Below the pieces are notes generated by a model. It searched no databases. It had not been told where the DNA came from and was given only the letters and a program-made list of their open reading frames with translations. Below are positions 31,115 to 43,028 of a stretch of DNA of 64,000 bases, piece by piece (within the stretch, counting starts at the first letter, position 1; each line of letters opens with the position of its first letter). The translations under genes were made by a program, and so were the position numbers. Source of the DNA: an uncultured candidatus Porisulfidus sp. (GTDB lineage Bacteria > Pseudomonadota > Gammaproteobacteria > Poriferisulfidales > Poriferisulfidaceae); the NCBI GenBank assembly GCA_965204575.1, contig OZ241993.1, positions 512,001 through 576,000 on the forward strand. Reading direction: 5' to 3'.

Positions 31115-31915
31115 ATGCTTGATTTGTCACCCAGCCTGGAAGTGACCGGCGATGACCTTCGCCAAGAAGGCGAGAGCCTTGCGCGGTTGCCGGGAACATG
31201 GGACGTCTTCGTTGCGCATTTGGGCGATCAGACCGCGGAAAGTTTCGTGCAGGACTGCGTGCGCGTGCGGCAGTTCGGCCACCGGCCGGTTCCGCACCTG
31301 ACGGCGCGGCGCTACCGGAATCCCGAGCGGTTGGCGGAAACGCTCCAGTTCCTGAGAGACGGGGCGGCGGCGCGGGAAGCGTTGATTTTGGCTGGCGACG
31401 CGGAACCCGCCGGCTCGCTGAAAGACAGCCTCGATGTGGTGAATTCCGGGGTGCTTGAGCAGAGTGGATTTGAGCGAGTATGGTTCTCCGGCTATCCCGA
31501 AGGACACCCGAAAATCAGCGGAGACCACTTGGCAGGCGCGTGGAAGAAAAAACGTGAATGGTCGGAGTCCTGCCAGATTCCGATTGGCGTGGTCACGCAG
31601 TTCGCGAAAGACCCTGAAACTTCGGTGGAGTGGTGCCGGAGGCAGGGATTTGCCGATCAGGGGGTCGGGGTGCGAATCAGCCGGTTTCTGTTTGCGCGCC
31701 CGGAAATCCTGGCGGATCTCGCGAGGCTGGCAGGGATGCCGGCGTTTCTGCAGATGGTCCGGGAGTCGGGTGGCGCCCCCTATGTCCGCGGCCCGGGCGC
31801 AACGGGAGGAAAAGAGCCGGCACTGCCGCTTTGCGCGCCCCATTACATGGCCCTGGGCGCCTTGGGCCAGACCATTGCGGAATTGATCGAACTTTTCGGG
31901 GGAGGGGGGGACTAA
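31115..31915 (+). CDS. Methylenetetrahydrofolate reductase-like protein (divergent)
   Basis: SLEVT, PHLTARR, LAGD, GYPEGHP, VTQF motifs of the MTHFR fold; C-terminal third atypical. Confidence 0.7.
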   Translation: MLDLSPSLEVTGDDLRQEGESLARLPGTWDVFVAHLGDQTAESFVQDCVRVRQFGHRPVPHLTARRYRNPERLAETLQFLRDGAAAREALILAGDAEPAGSLKDSLDVVNSGVLEQSGFERVWFSGYPEGHPKISGDHLAGAWKKKREWSESCQIPIGVVTQFAKDPETSVEWCRRQGFADQGVGVRISRFLFARPEILADLARLAGMPAFLQMVRESGGAPYVRGPGATGGKEPALPLCAPHYMALGALGQTIAELIELFGGGGD

Positions 31916-31969
31916 CTTTAAGTAGAATGGCAGCAATGCTGGCCGTCGCAGAACACCAAGGAGGCTGTA

Positions 31970-32515
31970 ATGGGACAACCATTCAAAACAGACCTGGAAA
32001 CCATCCGGACCCGCGCCCGGGAGAAAATGACCGACGGCGCCGTGACGGGCGCGTACAAGGCCGACCTGCAGCAAGTCATCGCCGTGCTGAACGAGGTGTT
32101 GGCGACCGAGCTCGTCTGCATCTTGCGCTACAAGAACCACTACTACATGGCGGCCGGGATCAACGCCCCGACCGTGGCGGCGGAATTTCTGGAGCACGCC
32201 AACGAGGAGCAGATGCACGCGGACTGGATTGCGCAACGCATCACCCAGCTCGGCGGAGTGCCGAACTTCGACCCGAAAGGCCTGGCCACTCGCGCACACG
32301 CGGAATACGTCGAAGGCGAATCCCTGTCCGACATGATTCGGGAAGACCTGGTCGCGGAACGGATCGCAATCGAGACTTATTCCGAGATCATTCGCTGGCT
32401 CAAGGACAACGACCCCACGACCCGGCGGATCATGGAAGACATCCTGAAGATGGAGGAAGAGCACGCGGACGACTTGGCCAGCCTGCTGGAAATGGTCGAA
32501 GGCGCGCCGGACTGA
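31970..32515 (+). CDS. Ferritin-superfamily protein (Dps-like/bacterioferritin-like)
   Basis: LATELVCILRY, EEQMHAD, EDLVAERIAI, EEEHADD di-iron motifs; strong AAGGAGG RBS. Confidence 0.92.
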   Translation: MGQPFKTDLETIRTRAREKMTDGAVTGAYKADLQQVIAVLNEVLATELVCILRYKNHYYMAAGINAPTVAAEFLEHANEEQMHADWIAQRITQLGGVPNFDPKGLATRAHAEYVEGESLSDMIREDLVAERIAIETYSEIIRWLKDNDPTTRRIMEDILKMEEEHADDLASLLEMVEGAPD

Positions 32516-32575
32516 ACCGGCCCGCACGCATTCCCGCCGGCGTGGTAGTATTGGAGGGCCTGCCGGAGACTCCGT

Positions 32576-32652
<77 letters not shown>

Positions 32653-32795
32653 GAATCTTGTTCCAGACAATCCCAGCCCGCCCTAAGTGAACATTCCGTA
32701 AAAATAATTGTCTGACATGGCTGCCCCCCCAAAGCGGCGCGAGACTTGTCCTCTTTTCGTGATGGCGGCAGGGCTCAAACTTTAACGGTACGAGC

Positions 32796-34058
32796 ATGAA
32801 TGCTAAGGCTTTTGTCGTCAGCATGCTGGCCCTCATCGGATATCTCTCTGCCGGGCCGGCGTTCTCATCCAACGCATCCTCTTCCCCGGATGTGCAATTC
32901 CAACCCTCTGGCGAGGGGGTGCCGTTCAACCCTGGCCAGTACCAGGATTTCGGCGACTATATCCGCCAAACGCGTGAACGGCTCTTGCGACACAAGGTGT
33001 ACATGGATCCGAATCAGAAGCAGCTGGAGTTGGCCGCCTCCATACCCTTTGAGCGCGTGCCCGCTGGCGCCTGTGAATCGACGGGCGGGACGCACCGGAG
33101 CCGGGGAATTGTGCTGTTGCATGGGCTGGCCGATATGCCTGTGGCCATGACGGACCTGGCCGAGGCCTTCGCGGCGCGGTGCTTTCTGGTGCGGGTGCTT
33201 TTGCTGCCCGGGCATGGCACGCGGGCGGGTGATCTGCTTGATGTGACCCGCAGCGACTGGCTGGCCGCGACACGATTCGGACTGGAGACACTGAAAATGG
33301 ATGTTGATGAGGTGTACGTCGGCGGTTTTTCGCTGGGAGGGCTGCTCGCCGTCCATGCCCTGCTGTCCGATGCCTCGCTCAAGGGCGCCTTCATCTTCTC
33401 TCCCGCACTCTCGCTGGACAGCGCGGGGTGGGTACGTCAGGCGGTCTGGCTGCGACATCTTTTCGAATGGGCGGACCGAGACCCCCAGGACGATTACGCG
33501 CGCTACGAGGCGATGCCGATGAATGCCTTGGCGGAGACCTTCCTCCTGACCAGGGAGTTGGCGCGATTGCTGGAGCAAGATGAGGTTGCCGTGCCCGTTT
33601 TCGTTGCGCACAGTGCGGATGATCCCGTAGTCGACGTGACCGCCAACCGCGACTACTTCCGCAAGCGATTCATTCATCGGGGAAGCCGCCTGGTCGAGTA
33701 TCGCCGCCATTTTCGGGAAGAGGCCGACCCCAGCGATCCGCGAATCCGTTACGTCAACAGTTTTCTGCCCGAGCAGCGGATCGCCAGTTTTTCACACCTG
33801 TCGATTCATATAGCACCAACCCACACGCATTACGGCATGGCGGGCGACTATCGAAACTGTGGCCAGAACTCGGATGACCGCGACCTTGATGCGATCACAC
33901 GTTGTCTGCAGGCTTTGCACCCGTGGCGCGGAGAAACATTCGGGGAGGCCCCGACGGCGGTTCCCAACCGCGAGACGATGGCGCGCCTGACGTTCAATCC
34001 ACGGTTCGAGGAACTGTTTGATCAAGTCGATGACTTCATCATGACAAACGGATTTTGA
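32796..34058 (+). CDS. Exported alpha/beta hydrolase (esterase/lysophospholipase-like)
   Basis: Signal peptide; LLHGL, LPGHG, GFSLGG nucleophile elbow, DPVVD, FSH. Confidence 0.85.
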   Translation: MNAKAFVVSMLALIGYLSAGPAFSSNASSSPDVQFQPSGEGVPFNPGQYQDFGDYIRQTRERLLRHKVYMDPNQKQLELAASIPFERVPAGACESTGGTHRSRGIVLLHGLADMPVAMTDLAEAFAARCFLVRVLLLPGHGTRAGDLLDVTRSDWLAATRFGLETLKMDVDEVYVGGFSLGGLLAVHALLSDASLKGAFIFSPALSLDSAGWVRQAVWLRHLFEWADRDPQDDYARYEAMPMNALAETFLLTRELARLLEQDEVAVPVFVAHSADDPVVDVTANRDYFRKRFIHRGSRLVEYRRHFREEADPSDPRIRYVNSFLPEQRIASFSHLSIHIAPTHTHYGMAGDYRNCGQNSDDRDLDAITRCLQALHPWRGETFGEAPTAVPNRETMARLTFNPRFEELFDQVDDFIMTNGF

Positions 34059-34117
34059 GAACCGGCTGAATCGCCGGAACCCACCCGGATTCAGGGCTTT
34101 GGGCCACCAATTCTTTT

Positions 34118-34279
34118 CTAACTGGAGCCTTTCTGCACGCGCTTCGCGTGCCGGGCCCGTTTCTCGCGTTCGCGCTCGCGCTTTTTGCACCTCGGGCATC
34201 GCGCCGTGGAAGAGGGCACCGGGCACTCGACGCAAATGTTCATCGCGCGCCGCCGCGCACGCTCGGCTTTACGGGGCAT
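34118..34279 (-). CDS. Small basic CxxC...CxxC protein (53 aa)
   Basis: MPRKAERARRRAMNICVECPVPSSTARCPRCKKRERE...; purine-rich RBS upstream. Confidence 0.45.
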   Translation of the reverse strand: MPRKAERARRRAMNICVECPVPSSTARCPRCKKREREREKRARHAKRVQKGSS

Positions 34280-34677
34280 CAGCCTTCCCTCGCGGGAACG
34301 GAGGCAGCCCGTTTGACGGCGGTTTCCAACCGCGACTCGTCCAGCATGTTGCACCTCGCTTGGGTCTCGGTGGGCTGCCGGTGCCGATGTCGTGGTCAGA
34401 TCACGCGGCCACCCGCCGTGAATCCCCCCATTTGTTTGACATATGTCGGCGCCCAAGTTTCCTGGGGAGGGGGGGAGGAAGCGAGGCGAAAAGCCGCGCC
34501 GCGCGAGGTGCGGCGGGTTTCTTGTTCAGGGGCGGGGGTCTATAATTTCCTTTTGGATTTCGCGGGAATCATATTTCCAGAGGCCGCGATGGAATCGCCG
34601 TTACTCGGTTTTGCAAAATCTTGTGTTTCGGGGTGTTTTCGCGGAACCAGCTGCAGGCATGAACCGGGAGAAATTTA

Positions 34678-35034
34678 ATGCTTGACGAGTATCTGGCCGT
34701 GCTGTTGTTCCTTCTGGTGGGTGCAGGCATCGGTGTGGCCGTATTGCTGCTGGGACACCTGATGTCGAAGCGGGACCCGGACCCGGACAAATTGCGCCCC
34801 TACGAATGCGGGTTCGAGGCCTTTGACGATGCGCGCATGAAATTCGATGTGCGCTACTACCTGGTGGTGATCCTGTTCGTGTTGTTCGACCTGGAGGTCG
34901 CGTTCCTGTTTCCGTGGGCGGTGGCGCTGGAGGAAATCGGGGTGTACGGGCTGATTTCGATGGCGGTGTTTCTGCTGATTCTGGCCGTGGGCTTTGCATT
35001 CGAATGGCGGCGAGGGGCGTTGGAATGGGATTGA
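34678..35034 (+). CDS. nuoA: NADH-quinone oxidoreductase subunit A
   Basis: [23 protein letters not shown]. Confidence 0.97.
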   Translation: MLDEYLAVLLFLLVGAGIGVAVLLLGHLMSKRDPDPDKLRPYECGFEAFDDARMKFDVRYYLVVILFVLFDLEVAFLFPWAVALEEIGVYGLISMAVFLLILAVGFAFEWRRGALEWD

Positions 35035-35525
35035 TGGAACAGTTGCGCCCGCAAGAGGCGGAGCAATTACAGCGCGGTTTCATGGTGACCAGCGCCGACC
35101 TGTTGGTCAACTGGGCGCGCTCGGGTTCGCTCTGGCCGATGACCTTCGGGCTTGCTTGCTGCGCGGTGGAAATGATGCACGCCGGCGCGTCGCGTTACGA
35201 CCTGGACCGGTTTGGCGCGCTGTTCCGGCCGAGCCCGCGGCAGTCGGACGTGATGATCGTGGCGGGGACCCTGGTCAACAAGATGGCCCCGGCCCTGCGC
35301 CGCGTGTACGACCAGATGCCGGACCCGAAATGGGTCATCTCGATGGGGTCGTGCGCGAATGGCGGAGGCTACTATCACTATTCCTATTCCGTGGTGCGCG
35401 GTTGCGACCGCATCGTGCCGGTCGACATCTACGTTCCGGGCTGCCCGCCGACAGCGGAAGCGTTGCTGTACGGGATCCTGCAACTGCAGAACAAGATCCG
35501 CCGCACCCATACGCTGGCCCGCTGA
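35025..35525 (+). CDS. nuoB: NADH-quinone oxidoreductase subunit B
   Basis: [25 protein letters not shown]. Confidence 0.97.
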   Translation: MGLMEQLRPQEAEQLQRGFMVTSADLLVNWARSGSLWPMTFGLACCAVEMMHAGASRYDLDRFGALFRPSPRQSDVMIVAGTLVNKMAPALRRVYDQMPDPKWVISMGSCANGGGYYHYSYSVVRGCDRIVPVDIYVPGCPPTAEALLYGILQLQNKIRRTHTLAR

Positions 35526-36206
35526 ATGACCGCTTCGGATTCCTGGATCTCCGCACAGGCGGACTGGCTGGGCGACCGGGCTGAAATCCGCGCCGACCGG
35601 GATTGCCCGCGCCTGATGACCTCGGCCGAGCATGTGGCCGACATCCTGCGCCACCTTCGAGACACGCCGGAATGCCGGTTCGAACAGCTCATCGATCTGG
35701 CGGGCCTCGACTATGCCGAATACGGGCAGGATGAATGGCAGACCGAAGAGGCGAGCGCCGCCGGATTTTCGCGGGCGCCGGCGGCGGCCACCTCCGCCCG
35801 CTACTCTTTCGCGAACCCGCACCCGCCGGTGACGCGGGACGGACGATTCGCCGTCGCCTACCAGCTGCTTTCGCTGTCCCATAATCGGCGGATCCGGGTC
35901 GTGGCAAGCTGCGCGAGCGGCGCGTGGCCGACCCTGCCGTCGGTACGGGAGCTCTGGCAATGCGCGGACTGGTACGAACGGGAAGCCTTCGACCTGTTCG
36001 GCATCGTGTTCGAGGGCCACCCGGACTTGCGCCGCATCCTGACCGATTACGGCTTCATCGGACACCCGCTGCGCAAGGACTTCCCCCTGAGCGGGCACAT
36101 GGAAGTCCGTTACGACCCCGGCCTTCGGCGGGTTATCTACCAGCCGGTGACCATCGAGCCGCGGGTCACCGTGCCGAAAGTCCGGCGAGGGCAAGGCCAT
36201 GGCTGA
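35526..36206 (+). CDS. nuoC: NADH-quinone oxidoreductase subunit C (not fused to D)
   Basis: [29 protein letters not shown]. Confidence 0.96.
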   Translation: MTASDSWISAQADWLGDRAEIRADRDCPRLMTSAEHVADILRHLRDTPECRFEQLIDLAGLDYAEYGQDEWQTEEASAAGFSRAPAAATSARYSFANPHPPVTRDGRFAVAYQLLSLSHNRRIRVVASCASGAWPTLPSVRELWQCADWYEREAFDLFGIVFEGHPDLRRILTDYGFIGHPLRKDFPLSGHMEVRYDPGLRRVIYQPVTIEPRVTVPKVRRGQGHG

Positions 36207-37452
36207 GATTCACAACTACACCATGAATTTCGGGCCGCAGCACCCGGCGTCCCACGGCGTCCTGCGGCTGGTGCTGGAACTGGACGGCGAAGTCGTGGAA
36301 CGCATCGACCCGCACATTGGCCTGTTGCATCGGGGCACCGAGAAATTGGCCGAAAGCAAGCCCTACAACCACAGCATCGGCTATATGGACCGGCTGGATT
36401 ACGTGTCCATGATGTGCAACGAGCATGCCTACGTGCGCGCGATCGAGCAGTTGCTCGAGATTGAGCCTCCGCCGCGCGCGCAATACCTCCGGGTCATGTT
36501 CGACGAAGTCACCCGCATCCTCAATCACCTGCTCTGGCTGGGCGCGCACGCGCTTGATATCGGCGCCATGACCGTGTTCCTGTATGCCTTCCGCGAGCGG
36601 GAAGACCTGATGGACTGCTACGAAGCGACCACCGGCGCACGCATGCACGCGACCTATTACCGGCCCGGCGGCGTGTACCGCGACCTGCCGGAGTCGATGC
36701 CGCGCCACCAGCCGTCGCGTTTCTGCTCGAAACGCAAGGCGCGCCTGCGAAACCGCGACCGCGAGGGCAGCCTGCTGGATTTCATGGACGCGTTCACCGG
36801 CCGCTTTCCCGGCTGCGTCGACGAATACGAAACGCTGCTGACCGACAACCGCATCTGGAAGCAGCGGACGGTGGATATCGGCGTGGTCGGTCCCGAGCGC
36901 GCGCTGCAGCTGGGATTCACCGGCCCCATGTTGCGCGGTTCCGGCATCTCTTGGGACTTGCGCCGCCGGCAGCCGTACGCGGTGTACGACGCGATGCGGT
37001 TCGACGTGCCGGTCGGCACCAACGGCGACTGTTACGACCGTTACCTGGTGCGGATCGAGGAAATGCGCCAATCGAACCGGATCATCCGCCAGTGCGTGGA
37101 ATGGCTGCGCGAGAACCCGGGACCGGTCATCGTTGCCGACCACAAGATCGCGCCGCCGCCGCGCGAAGAGATGAAGCACGACATGGAGGCGATGATCCAC
37201 CACTTCAAGCTGTTTACGGAAGGGTTCTGCCTGCCGGAAGGAGAGACCTATGCCGCGGTCGAACACCCGAAGGGCGAATTCGGCGTATACCTGGTCTCGG
37301 ACGGGGCGAACAAGCCGTACCGGCTGAAGATCCGCGCGCCGGGCTTTCCCCACCTGGCGGCGCTCGATGAATTGGCGCGCGGGCATATGCTGGCGGACGT
37401 GGTCGCCCTGATCGGCACCCTGGACCTGGTGTTTGGCGAGGTCGACCGGTGA
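36199..37452 (+). CDS. nuoD: NADH-quinone oxidoreductase subunit D
   Basis: [32 protein letters not shown]. Confidence 0.98.
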   Translation: MAEIHNYTMNFGPQHPASHGVLRLVLELDGEVVERIDPHIGLLHRGTEKLAESKPYNHSIGYMDRLDYVSMMCNEHAYVRAIEQLLEIEPPPRAQYLRVMFDEVTRILNHLLWLGAHALDIGAMTVFLYAFREREDLMDCYEATTGARMHATYYRPGGVYRDLPESMPRHQPSRFCSKRKARLRNRDREGSLLDFMDAFTGRFPGCVDEYETLLTDNRIWKQRTVDIGVVGPERALQLGFTGPMLRGSGISWDLRRRQPYAVYDAMRFDVPVGTNGDCYDRYLVRIEEMRQSNRIIRQCVEWLRENPGPVIVADHKIAPPPREEMKHDMEAMIHHFKLFTEGFCLPEGETYAAVEHPKGEFGVYLVSDGANKPYRLKIRAPGFPHLAALDELARGHMLADVVALIGTLDLVFGEVDR

Positions 37453-37931
37453 ACGACATCCTGAACCCGGACCTGCGCGGCCGCATCGATACCTGGCTGG
37501 AGCGCTTTCCCGCGGAACATCGGCGTTCCGCAGTGCTGGGGGCCCTGCGAGAAGTGCAGAAAGAATACGGGCACCTGACCCCGGAACGCATGGATGCCGT
37601 GGCCGACTACCTGGGTCTTTCGGCGGTCCAGGTGTACGAGGTCGGATCGTTCTACACGGGATTCGAGCACCAGCCGGTCGGGCGGCACACGGTGGCGGTT
37701 TGCACCAACGTTTCCTGCTGGCTGCGCGGCGGCGAGGAGATTCTGGCCCACATTGAAAGAAGCCTGGGCATTCGTGCCGGCGAGTCGACCCGGGATGGCC
37801 AAATCTACCTGAAATGCGAGGAGGAGTGCTTGGCGGGATGCTGCGGGGCGCCGATGATGCAGGTCGATCATGTCTACCACGAGAACCTGACTCTGGAGAA
37901 GGTCGACGAGATCCTGGGGGCGCTGTCGTGA
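37449..37931 (+). CDS. nuoE: NADH-quinone oxidoreductase subunit E
   Basis: [17 protein letters not shown] 2Fe-2S ligands. Confidence 0.95.
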   Translation: MNDILNPDLRGRIDTWLERFPAEHRRSAVLGALREVQKEYGHLTPERMDAVADYLGLSAVQVYEVGSFYTGFEHQPVGRHTVAVCTNVSCWLRGGEEILAHIERSLGIRAGESTRDGQIYLKCEEECLAGCCGAPMMQVDHVYHENLTLEKVDEILGALS

Positions 37932-39202
37932 TCAAGCACCACAATGAAATGTGCTTCGCCACGCTCGAGCACCCGGAGCCCTGGTCGCTGAAGGCGTACG
38001 AATCGGTCGGCGGCTACCGCGTATGGAAACAGATTCTCGCCAAGCCCCCGCCCCGGCGCGACCTGGTCGAACAGATCAAGAGCTCGGGGCTGCGCGGGCG
38101 CGGCGGCGCGGGGTTCCCGACCGGGGTGAAGTGGGGGTTCATGCCGGATTGCGACGAAAGTTATCTCGTATGCAATGCCGACGAGTCGGAGCCGGGCACC
38201 TGCAAGGACCGGGACATCCTGCGCTTCAACCCGCATGCCTTGATCGAGGGCATGGCCATTGCCTGCTACGCGATCGGTGCCAAGGCCGGGTATGCCTACC
38301 TGCGCGAGGAATTCGGCGACGAGCCGTACCGCCGGTTCCAGAAGGCATTGCGCGAGGCGTACGGAAGCGGAATGCTGGGCCCCAACCTCGAGGGCAACGG
38401 CGTCACGGTCTACCTTCACGACACGTTGGGCGCGGGGGCGTATATCTGTGGCGAGGAAACCGCGTTGCTGGAATCTCTGGAGGGCAAGAAAGGGTTTCCG
38501 CGCTTCAAACCGCCGTTCCCGGCCAATTACGGCCTGTGGGGCTGCCCGACTACGGTCAACAACGTGGAAACCCTGGCGCTGGTGCCGGGAATCCTGCGCC
38601 AGGACGACGGCTGGCAGGTCGGGACGGAGAAAAGCCCCGGCACCAAGTGTTTTTCGGTGTCCGGCCACGTCTCCCGGCCCGGCAACCACGAGCTCCCGCT
38701 CGGCGTCCCGTTCGCGGACCTGCTCGAGATGTGCGGCGGAGTCTGGAAGAACCGTGAACTCAAGGCGGTCATCCCGGGCGGTTCCTCGGTTCCGGTGCTT
38801 CCCGCCGGGATCATGATGGAGACCAACATGGATTTCGAGAGCGTGGCGGAGGCGGGCTCGCTGCTCGGTTCCGGCGCGGTGATCGTGATGGACGAAACCA
38901 CCGACATGGTGCGGATGCTGCAGCGCATCTCGCGCTTCTATTTCATGGAATCCTGCGGGCAGTGCACGCCCTGCCGGGAAGGCACGGGCTGGCTGTACCG
39001 CGTGCTGACCCGCATCGTCGAGGGGCAGGGCGAGGAGCAGGACCTGGAGATCCTGGAGAAGGTGCCCGGGCGCATCGAGGGCCACACCATCTGCGCGCTC
39101 GGGGATGCCGCGGCCTGGCCGGTGCAGAGTTTCCTGCGGCACTTCCGCGACGAGTTCGAGCACTACATCCGCCATGGCAAGAGCCCGGTGAGCCCGGCAT
39201 GA
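37928..39202 (+). CDS. nuoF: NADH-quinone oxidoreductase subunit F
   Basis: GLRGRGGAGFP, NADESEPG, YICGEETAL, ESCGQCTPCREG. Confidence 0.97.
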   Translation: MIKHHNEMCFATLEHPEPWSLKAYESVGGYRVWKQILAKPPPRRDLVEQIKSSGLRGRGGAGFPTGVKWGFMPDCDESYLVCNADESEPGTCKDRDILRFNPHALIEGMAIACYAIGAKAGYAYLREEFGDEPYRRFQKALREAYGSGMLGPNLEGNGVTVYLHDTLGAGAYICGEETALLESLEGKKGFPRFKPPFPANYGLWGCPTTVNNVETLALVPGILRQDDGWQVGTEKSPGTKCFSVSGHVSRPGNHELPLGVPFADLLEMCGGVWKNRELKAVIPGGSSVPVLPAGIMMETNMDFESVAEAGSLLGSGAVIVMDETTDMVRMLQRISRFYFMESCGQCTPCREGTGWLYRVLTRIVEGQGEEQDLEILEKVPGRIEGHTICALGDAAAWPVQSFLRHFRDEFEHYIRHGKSPVSPA

Positions 39203-41499
39203 GCGACCCGATCACGATTACCTTGGACGGGCGCGCGGTCGAGGCGACCGCCGGCGAGATGCTGATCGCGGTGGCGGACCGCGAGGGCATCCCGATCCCG
39301 CGCTTCTGCTATCACCCGAAACTCTCGGTGGCGGCCAACTGCCGCATGTGCCTGGTCGAGGTGGCGGGCGCGCGCGGCCCGGTCCCGGCCTGCGCGACCC
39401 CGGTGATGGACGGCATGGAAGTGAAGACCCATTCCGAACCGGCCCGCGCAGCGCAGCGCGCCACCATGGAATTCCTTCTGATCAACCATCCGCTCGATTG
39501 CCCGATTTGCGACCAGGGCGGCGAATGCGAATTGCAGGACCTGGCCCTCGAGTATGGCAGTGACATCTCCCGCTACTCGGAAGCACGGCGGGTGGTGCCG
39601 GACCCGGACCTGGGCTCGCTGGTGTCGACCGACATGACGCGCTGCATCCACTGCACCCGCTGCGTGCGGTTCACCGAGGAGATTGCCGGCGATCAGGAAC
39701 TGGGCGCGTTCGGGCGCGGTGAATTCATGAAGATCGGCACCTACGTCGAGCGGGCGATGAACTCCGAACTTTCAGGGTGCGTGATCGACCTGTGCCCGGT
39801 CGGCGCGCTCAACGCCCGGCCTTCGCGGATGAGCGCCCGGGCCTGGGAACTGAATGATCATCCGGGGCTCGGCGAGCACGACGGGGTCGGATCGCACCTG
39901 TCCCGGCATATCTTGCGCGGGCGGCAGATCCGTTGCGTGCCGCGCACCGAAGAGACGATCAATGAAAGCTGGCTGTCGGACCGGGACCGGTTCAGCTACC
40001 AGGCGGCCAGCCACCCGGACCGCTTGTGCTGGCCGTTGGTCCGCCACCGCGACCGCTGGGTTCGGGTCAGTTGGGAGGAAGGCCTGGAGCTGGCGGCGGA
40101 AGCCCTGGCGAGAACCGGCACCAAGGCTGGCCTGATTCACCCGTCCAGCACGGTGGAGGAATGCTTCCGGTTCCAGCAGTTGCTGCGCCGGTGCGGGGCG
40201 GAAACGGTCGAGCATCGGACCCGCATGTCGGATTTCCGCGGGGGCGGACAATATCCGCGCCAGCCGACGCTCGGCTGCGACCTGGACCGAATTGCCGAAA
40301 ACGACGTGGTCGTCCTGCTCGGCAGCCTGCTGCGGCACGACCAGCCGATCCTCAACCACCGCCTACGCCAGGCGATGCGCTCGGGCACGGAAGTCTGGGT
40401 CATCAACCCCGCCCCGTTCGACTGGAACTTCGCACCGACCGAGGAAGCCATCCTGTCACCCCGGCAGTGGCTGACCCTGCTGCAGTCGGTGAAGCGCGCG
40501 CATGCCTTGCAGATGAAAGAAGCCTATGCGCGTTTTTCCGACCGGCTTGCACGGCGCCTGGGGGAGGCGGACAACGCCCTGTTCTGGCTGGGCCCGCTTG
40601 CGCTCAACCATCCGGACGCCGACCTGATTTACGCTTCCGCGCGCAACCTGTGCGAGCAGACCGGGGCCCGCCTGGGCACCCTGCAGGAAGGCGCCAACGC
40701 GGCCGGGGCCTGGCTGACGGGATGCGTCGCGCACCGCGGCCCCGGCGGCGAGGTTGTGGAGGGCGTGGATCTGCCGTCGCGGCTCCAGGAGCCACCGGAT
40801 CTCTGGGTGTTCTACGGAACGGACCCGGCCTGCGACGTCGCCGACCCGGCGCAGATGCGCCAGGCGATGGCGGAGGCGAGAACGACCATTGGCTTCCAGT
40901 CGTTTGTCCCGGATCCGCAGCACCTGCCGTACGACCTGTTGCTGCCGGTCCCTACGGTCGGGGAGCGCGGAGGCCATCTGATTAACCTGGAAGGGCGTTG
41001 GCAATCGATGACCCCGGCCGTCCCTCCACCGGGCGAGGTGAGAGATGGCGTGGAAGCGCTGGTGGAGTTGCTGCGCATGACCGGCCACGACCCGGGCTTT
41101 GCCGGGGTTTCCCTGGTTGCGCACTGCCGCGGCCTGGAAGCGCGCGCGGTTGTGCCCGACAAGATACCCAAGTCTGCGAGGCGGTTGCCGGAAAAGGGCC
41201 TTTTGCGGATAGGCTCTCCATCGATTTACCAGCAGGACCCGGCGACCCGCCACGCCCATGCCCTGCAACAGACCGAACTGGCGCAGGACCTGGTGTTGCG
41301 CCTGCACCCGGAAACCCTGAACGAACGGGGCCTGAAGGACGCGACACATGCGCGCCTGTCCCAGAACGGCTCGTCTCTCAAGCTTCCCCTGGTCGTGGAT
41401 GCGCAAATCCCGCGCGACTGCGTCTACCTGCCGACCGGGGATGTCCGCCTGGGACTGCTCGGTGCCGCATTCAGCGTGGTGGACCTGTGCGATGCCTGA
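39199..41499 (+). CDS. nuoG: NADH-quinone oxidoreductase subunit G
   Basis: [43 protein letters not shown]. Confidence 0.96.
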   Translation: MSDPITITLDGRAVEATAGEMLIAVADREGIPIPRFCYHPKLSVAANCRMCLVEVAGARGPVPACATPVMDGMEVKTHSEPARAAQRATMEFLLINHPLDCPICDQGGECELQDLALEYGSDISRYSEARRVVPDPDLGSLVSTDMTRCIHCTRCVRFTEEIAGDQELGAFGRGEFMKIGTYVERAMNSELSGCVIDLCPVGALNARPSRMSARAWELNDHPGLGEHDGVGSHLSRHILRGRQIRCVPRTEETINESWLSDRDRFSYQAASHPDRLCWPLVRHRDRWVRVSWEEGLELAAEALARTGTKAGLIHPSSTVEECFRFQQLLRRCGAETVEHRTRMSDFRGGGQYPRQPTLGCDLDRIAENDVVVLLGSLLRHDQPILNHRLRQAMRSGTEVWVINPAPFDWNFAPTEEAILSPRQWLTLLQSVKRAHALQMKEAYARFSDRLARRLGEADNALFWLGPLALNHPDADLIYASARNLCEQTGARLGTLQEGANAAGAWLTGCVAHRGPGGEVVEGVDLPSRLQEPPDLWVFYGTDPACDVADPAQMRQAMAEARTTIGFQSFVPDPQHLPYDLLLPVPTVGERGGHLINLEGRWQSMTPAVPPPGEVRDGVEALVELLRMTGHDPGFAGVSLVAHCRGLEARAVVPDKIPKSARRLPEKGLLRIGSPSIYQQDPATRHAHALQQTELAQDLVLRLHPETLNERGLKDATHARLSQNGSSLKLPLVVDAQIPRDCVYLPTGDVRLGLLGAAFSVVDLCDA

Positions 41500-42526
41500 T
41501 TGGATGACCGACCTGTCGGTGTGGCTCCGGGTCGGAGAAATCCTGCTCGGCGCCATGTTGATCCTGCTGCCGTTGCTGGCGGTGGTGGCGTACTACACGT
41601 ACGCCGAGCGCAAGGTGGTCGGGTTCATGCAGATGCGGCTGGGGCCGAGCCGGGTCGGGCCGCGTGGCCTGTTCCAGCCGATCGCCGATGTGCTGAAGCT
41701 TCTGACCAAGGAGGTCGTTCTCCCGGCCCAGGCCAACCGGGGCCTGTTCCTGGTGGCGCCGCTCGCGGCCCTGGTTCCGGCGCTTGGCGCCTGGGCGGTG
41801 ATACCGTTTGACGACGGCCTCTGGCTTGCGAACATCGATGCGGGCCTGCTGTACGTTCTGGCGCTGACTTCGCTCGGCGCGTACGGCATCATCATCGCCG
41901 GCTGGGCGTCCAACTCGAAGTACGCCCTGCTCGGGGCGATGCGCCAGGCGGCGCAGGTGGTGTCCTACGAAATCGCGATGGGCTTCGCACTGGTCGGCGT
42001 GCTGATGCTGGGCGGAAGCCTCAACCTCGCCGCCATCGTCCAGGCGCAGTCCGGCGGCATCCTGGACTGGTTCTTCCTGCCCCTGCTGCCCTTGCTCCTG
42101 GTGTACCTGGTGTCGGGCGTGGCCGAGACCAACCGCCTGCCGTTCGACGTGGTCGAGGGGGAGTCGGAACTGGTGGCGGGCTTCCACGTGGAGTATTCCG
42201 GTTCGGCGTTCGCGGTGTTCTTCCTGGCGGAATACTCCGCCATGATCCTGATCTCGGCGCTGACCGCGATCCTGTTCTTCGGCGGCTGGCTGTCGCCGCT
42301 CGAGGGCACGCAGCTCGCGCAGGCGGTCCCGGTTCTGGATTCCGGCATCCACTGGTGGCTGCTCAAGACCGCGTTCTTCATGTTCTGCTTCCTGTGGTTC
42401 CGGGCGACCTTCCCGCGCTACCGCTACGACCAGATCATGCGCCTGGGCTGGAAGGTGTTCATCCCGGTGACGCTGATCTGGATCTTCGTGCTGGGCGCCG
42501 CGCGCTATACCGGGTTTACGGGGTGA
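41492..42526 (+). CDS. nuoH: NADH-quinone oxidoreductase subunit H
   Basis: [28 protein letters not shown]. Confidence 0.97.
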   Translation: MPDWMTDLSVWLRVGEILLGAMLILLPLLAVVAYYTYAERKVVGFMQMRLGPSRVGPRGLFQPIADVLKLLTKEVVLPAQANRGLFLVAPLAALVPALGAWAVIPFDDGLWLANIDAGLLYVLALTSLGAYGIIIAGWASNSKYALLGAMRQAAQVVSYEIAMGFALVGVLMLGGSLNLAAIVQAQSGGILDWFFLPLLPLLLVYLVSGVAETNRLPFDVVEGESELVAGFHVEYSGSAFAVFFLAEYSAMILISALTAILFFGGWLSPLEGTQLAQAVPVLDSGIHWWLLKTAFFMFCFLWFRATFPRYRYDQIMRLGWKVFIPVTLIWIFVLGAARYTGFTG

Positions 42527-42530
42527 CGTC

Positions 42531-43028
42531 GTGCGCTGGCTGAATTCCCTGCTGTACCTGTTGCGCAGCCTGAGCCTGTGGGACCTGTTGCGGGGCCTGA
42601 GGCTGACCGCCCGGCGCCTGTTTTCGCGCAAGATCACCCTGCGTTACCCGGACGAGAAGACCCCGAAATCCCCGCGCTTCCGCGGTCTGCACGCGTTGCG
42701 CCGCTACCCCAACGGCGAAGAGCGCTGCATCGCCTGCAAACTGTGCGAGGCGGTCTGCCCGGCGCTGGCCATCACCATCGAATCCGAGGAGCGCGCCGAC
42801 GGCAGCCGGCGGACCACCCGGTACGACATCGACCTCTTCAAGTGCGTGTACTGCGGCTTCTGCGAGGAGGCCTGCCCGACCGACGCGGTGGTCGAGACCG
42901 ACATCCTGGAGTTTCATTTCGAACGTCGCGGCGACCAGATCATGACCAAGGAGGACTTGCTGGCGGTCGGCGACCAGTACGAGGAGCAGATCGCCGAACA
43001 CCGCAAGACCGATGCCCGATTCCGCTGA
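42531..43028 (+). CDS. nuoI: NADH-quinone oxidoreductase subunit I
   Basis: [12 protein letters not shown] and [12 protein letters not shown]. Confidence 0.97.
   Translation: MRWLNSLLYLLRSLSLWDLLRGLRLTARRLFSRKITLRYPDEKTPKSPRFRGLHALRRYPNGEERCIACKLCEAVCPALAITIESEERADGSRRTTRYDIDLFKCVYCGFCEEACPTDAVVETDILEFHFERRGDQIMTKEDLLAVGDQYEEQIAEHRKTDARFR

Noticed and set aside
34491-34523. Hairpin upstream of nuoA as an intrinsic terminator or tRNA remnant
   Set aside because: 8-bp stem with a weak U-tract and no cloverleaf; not enough support
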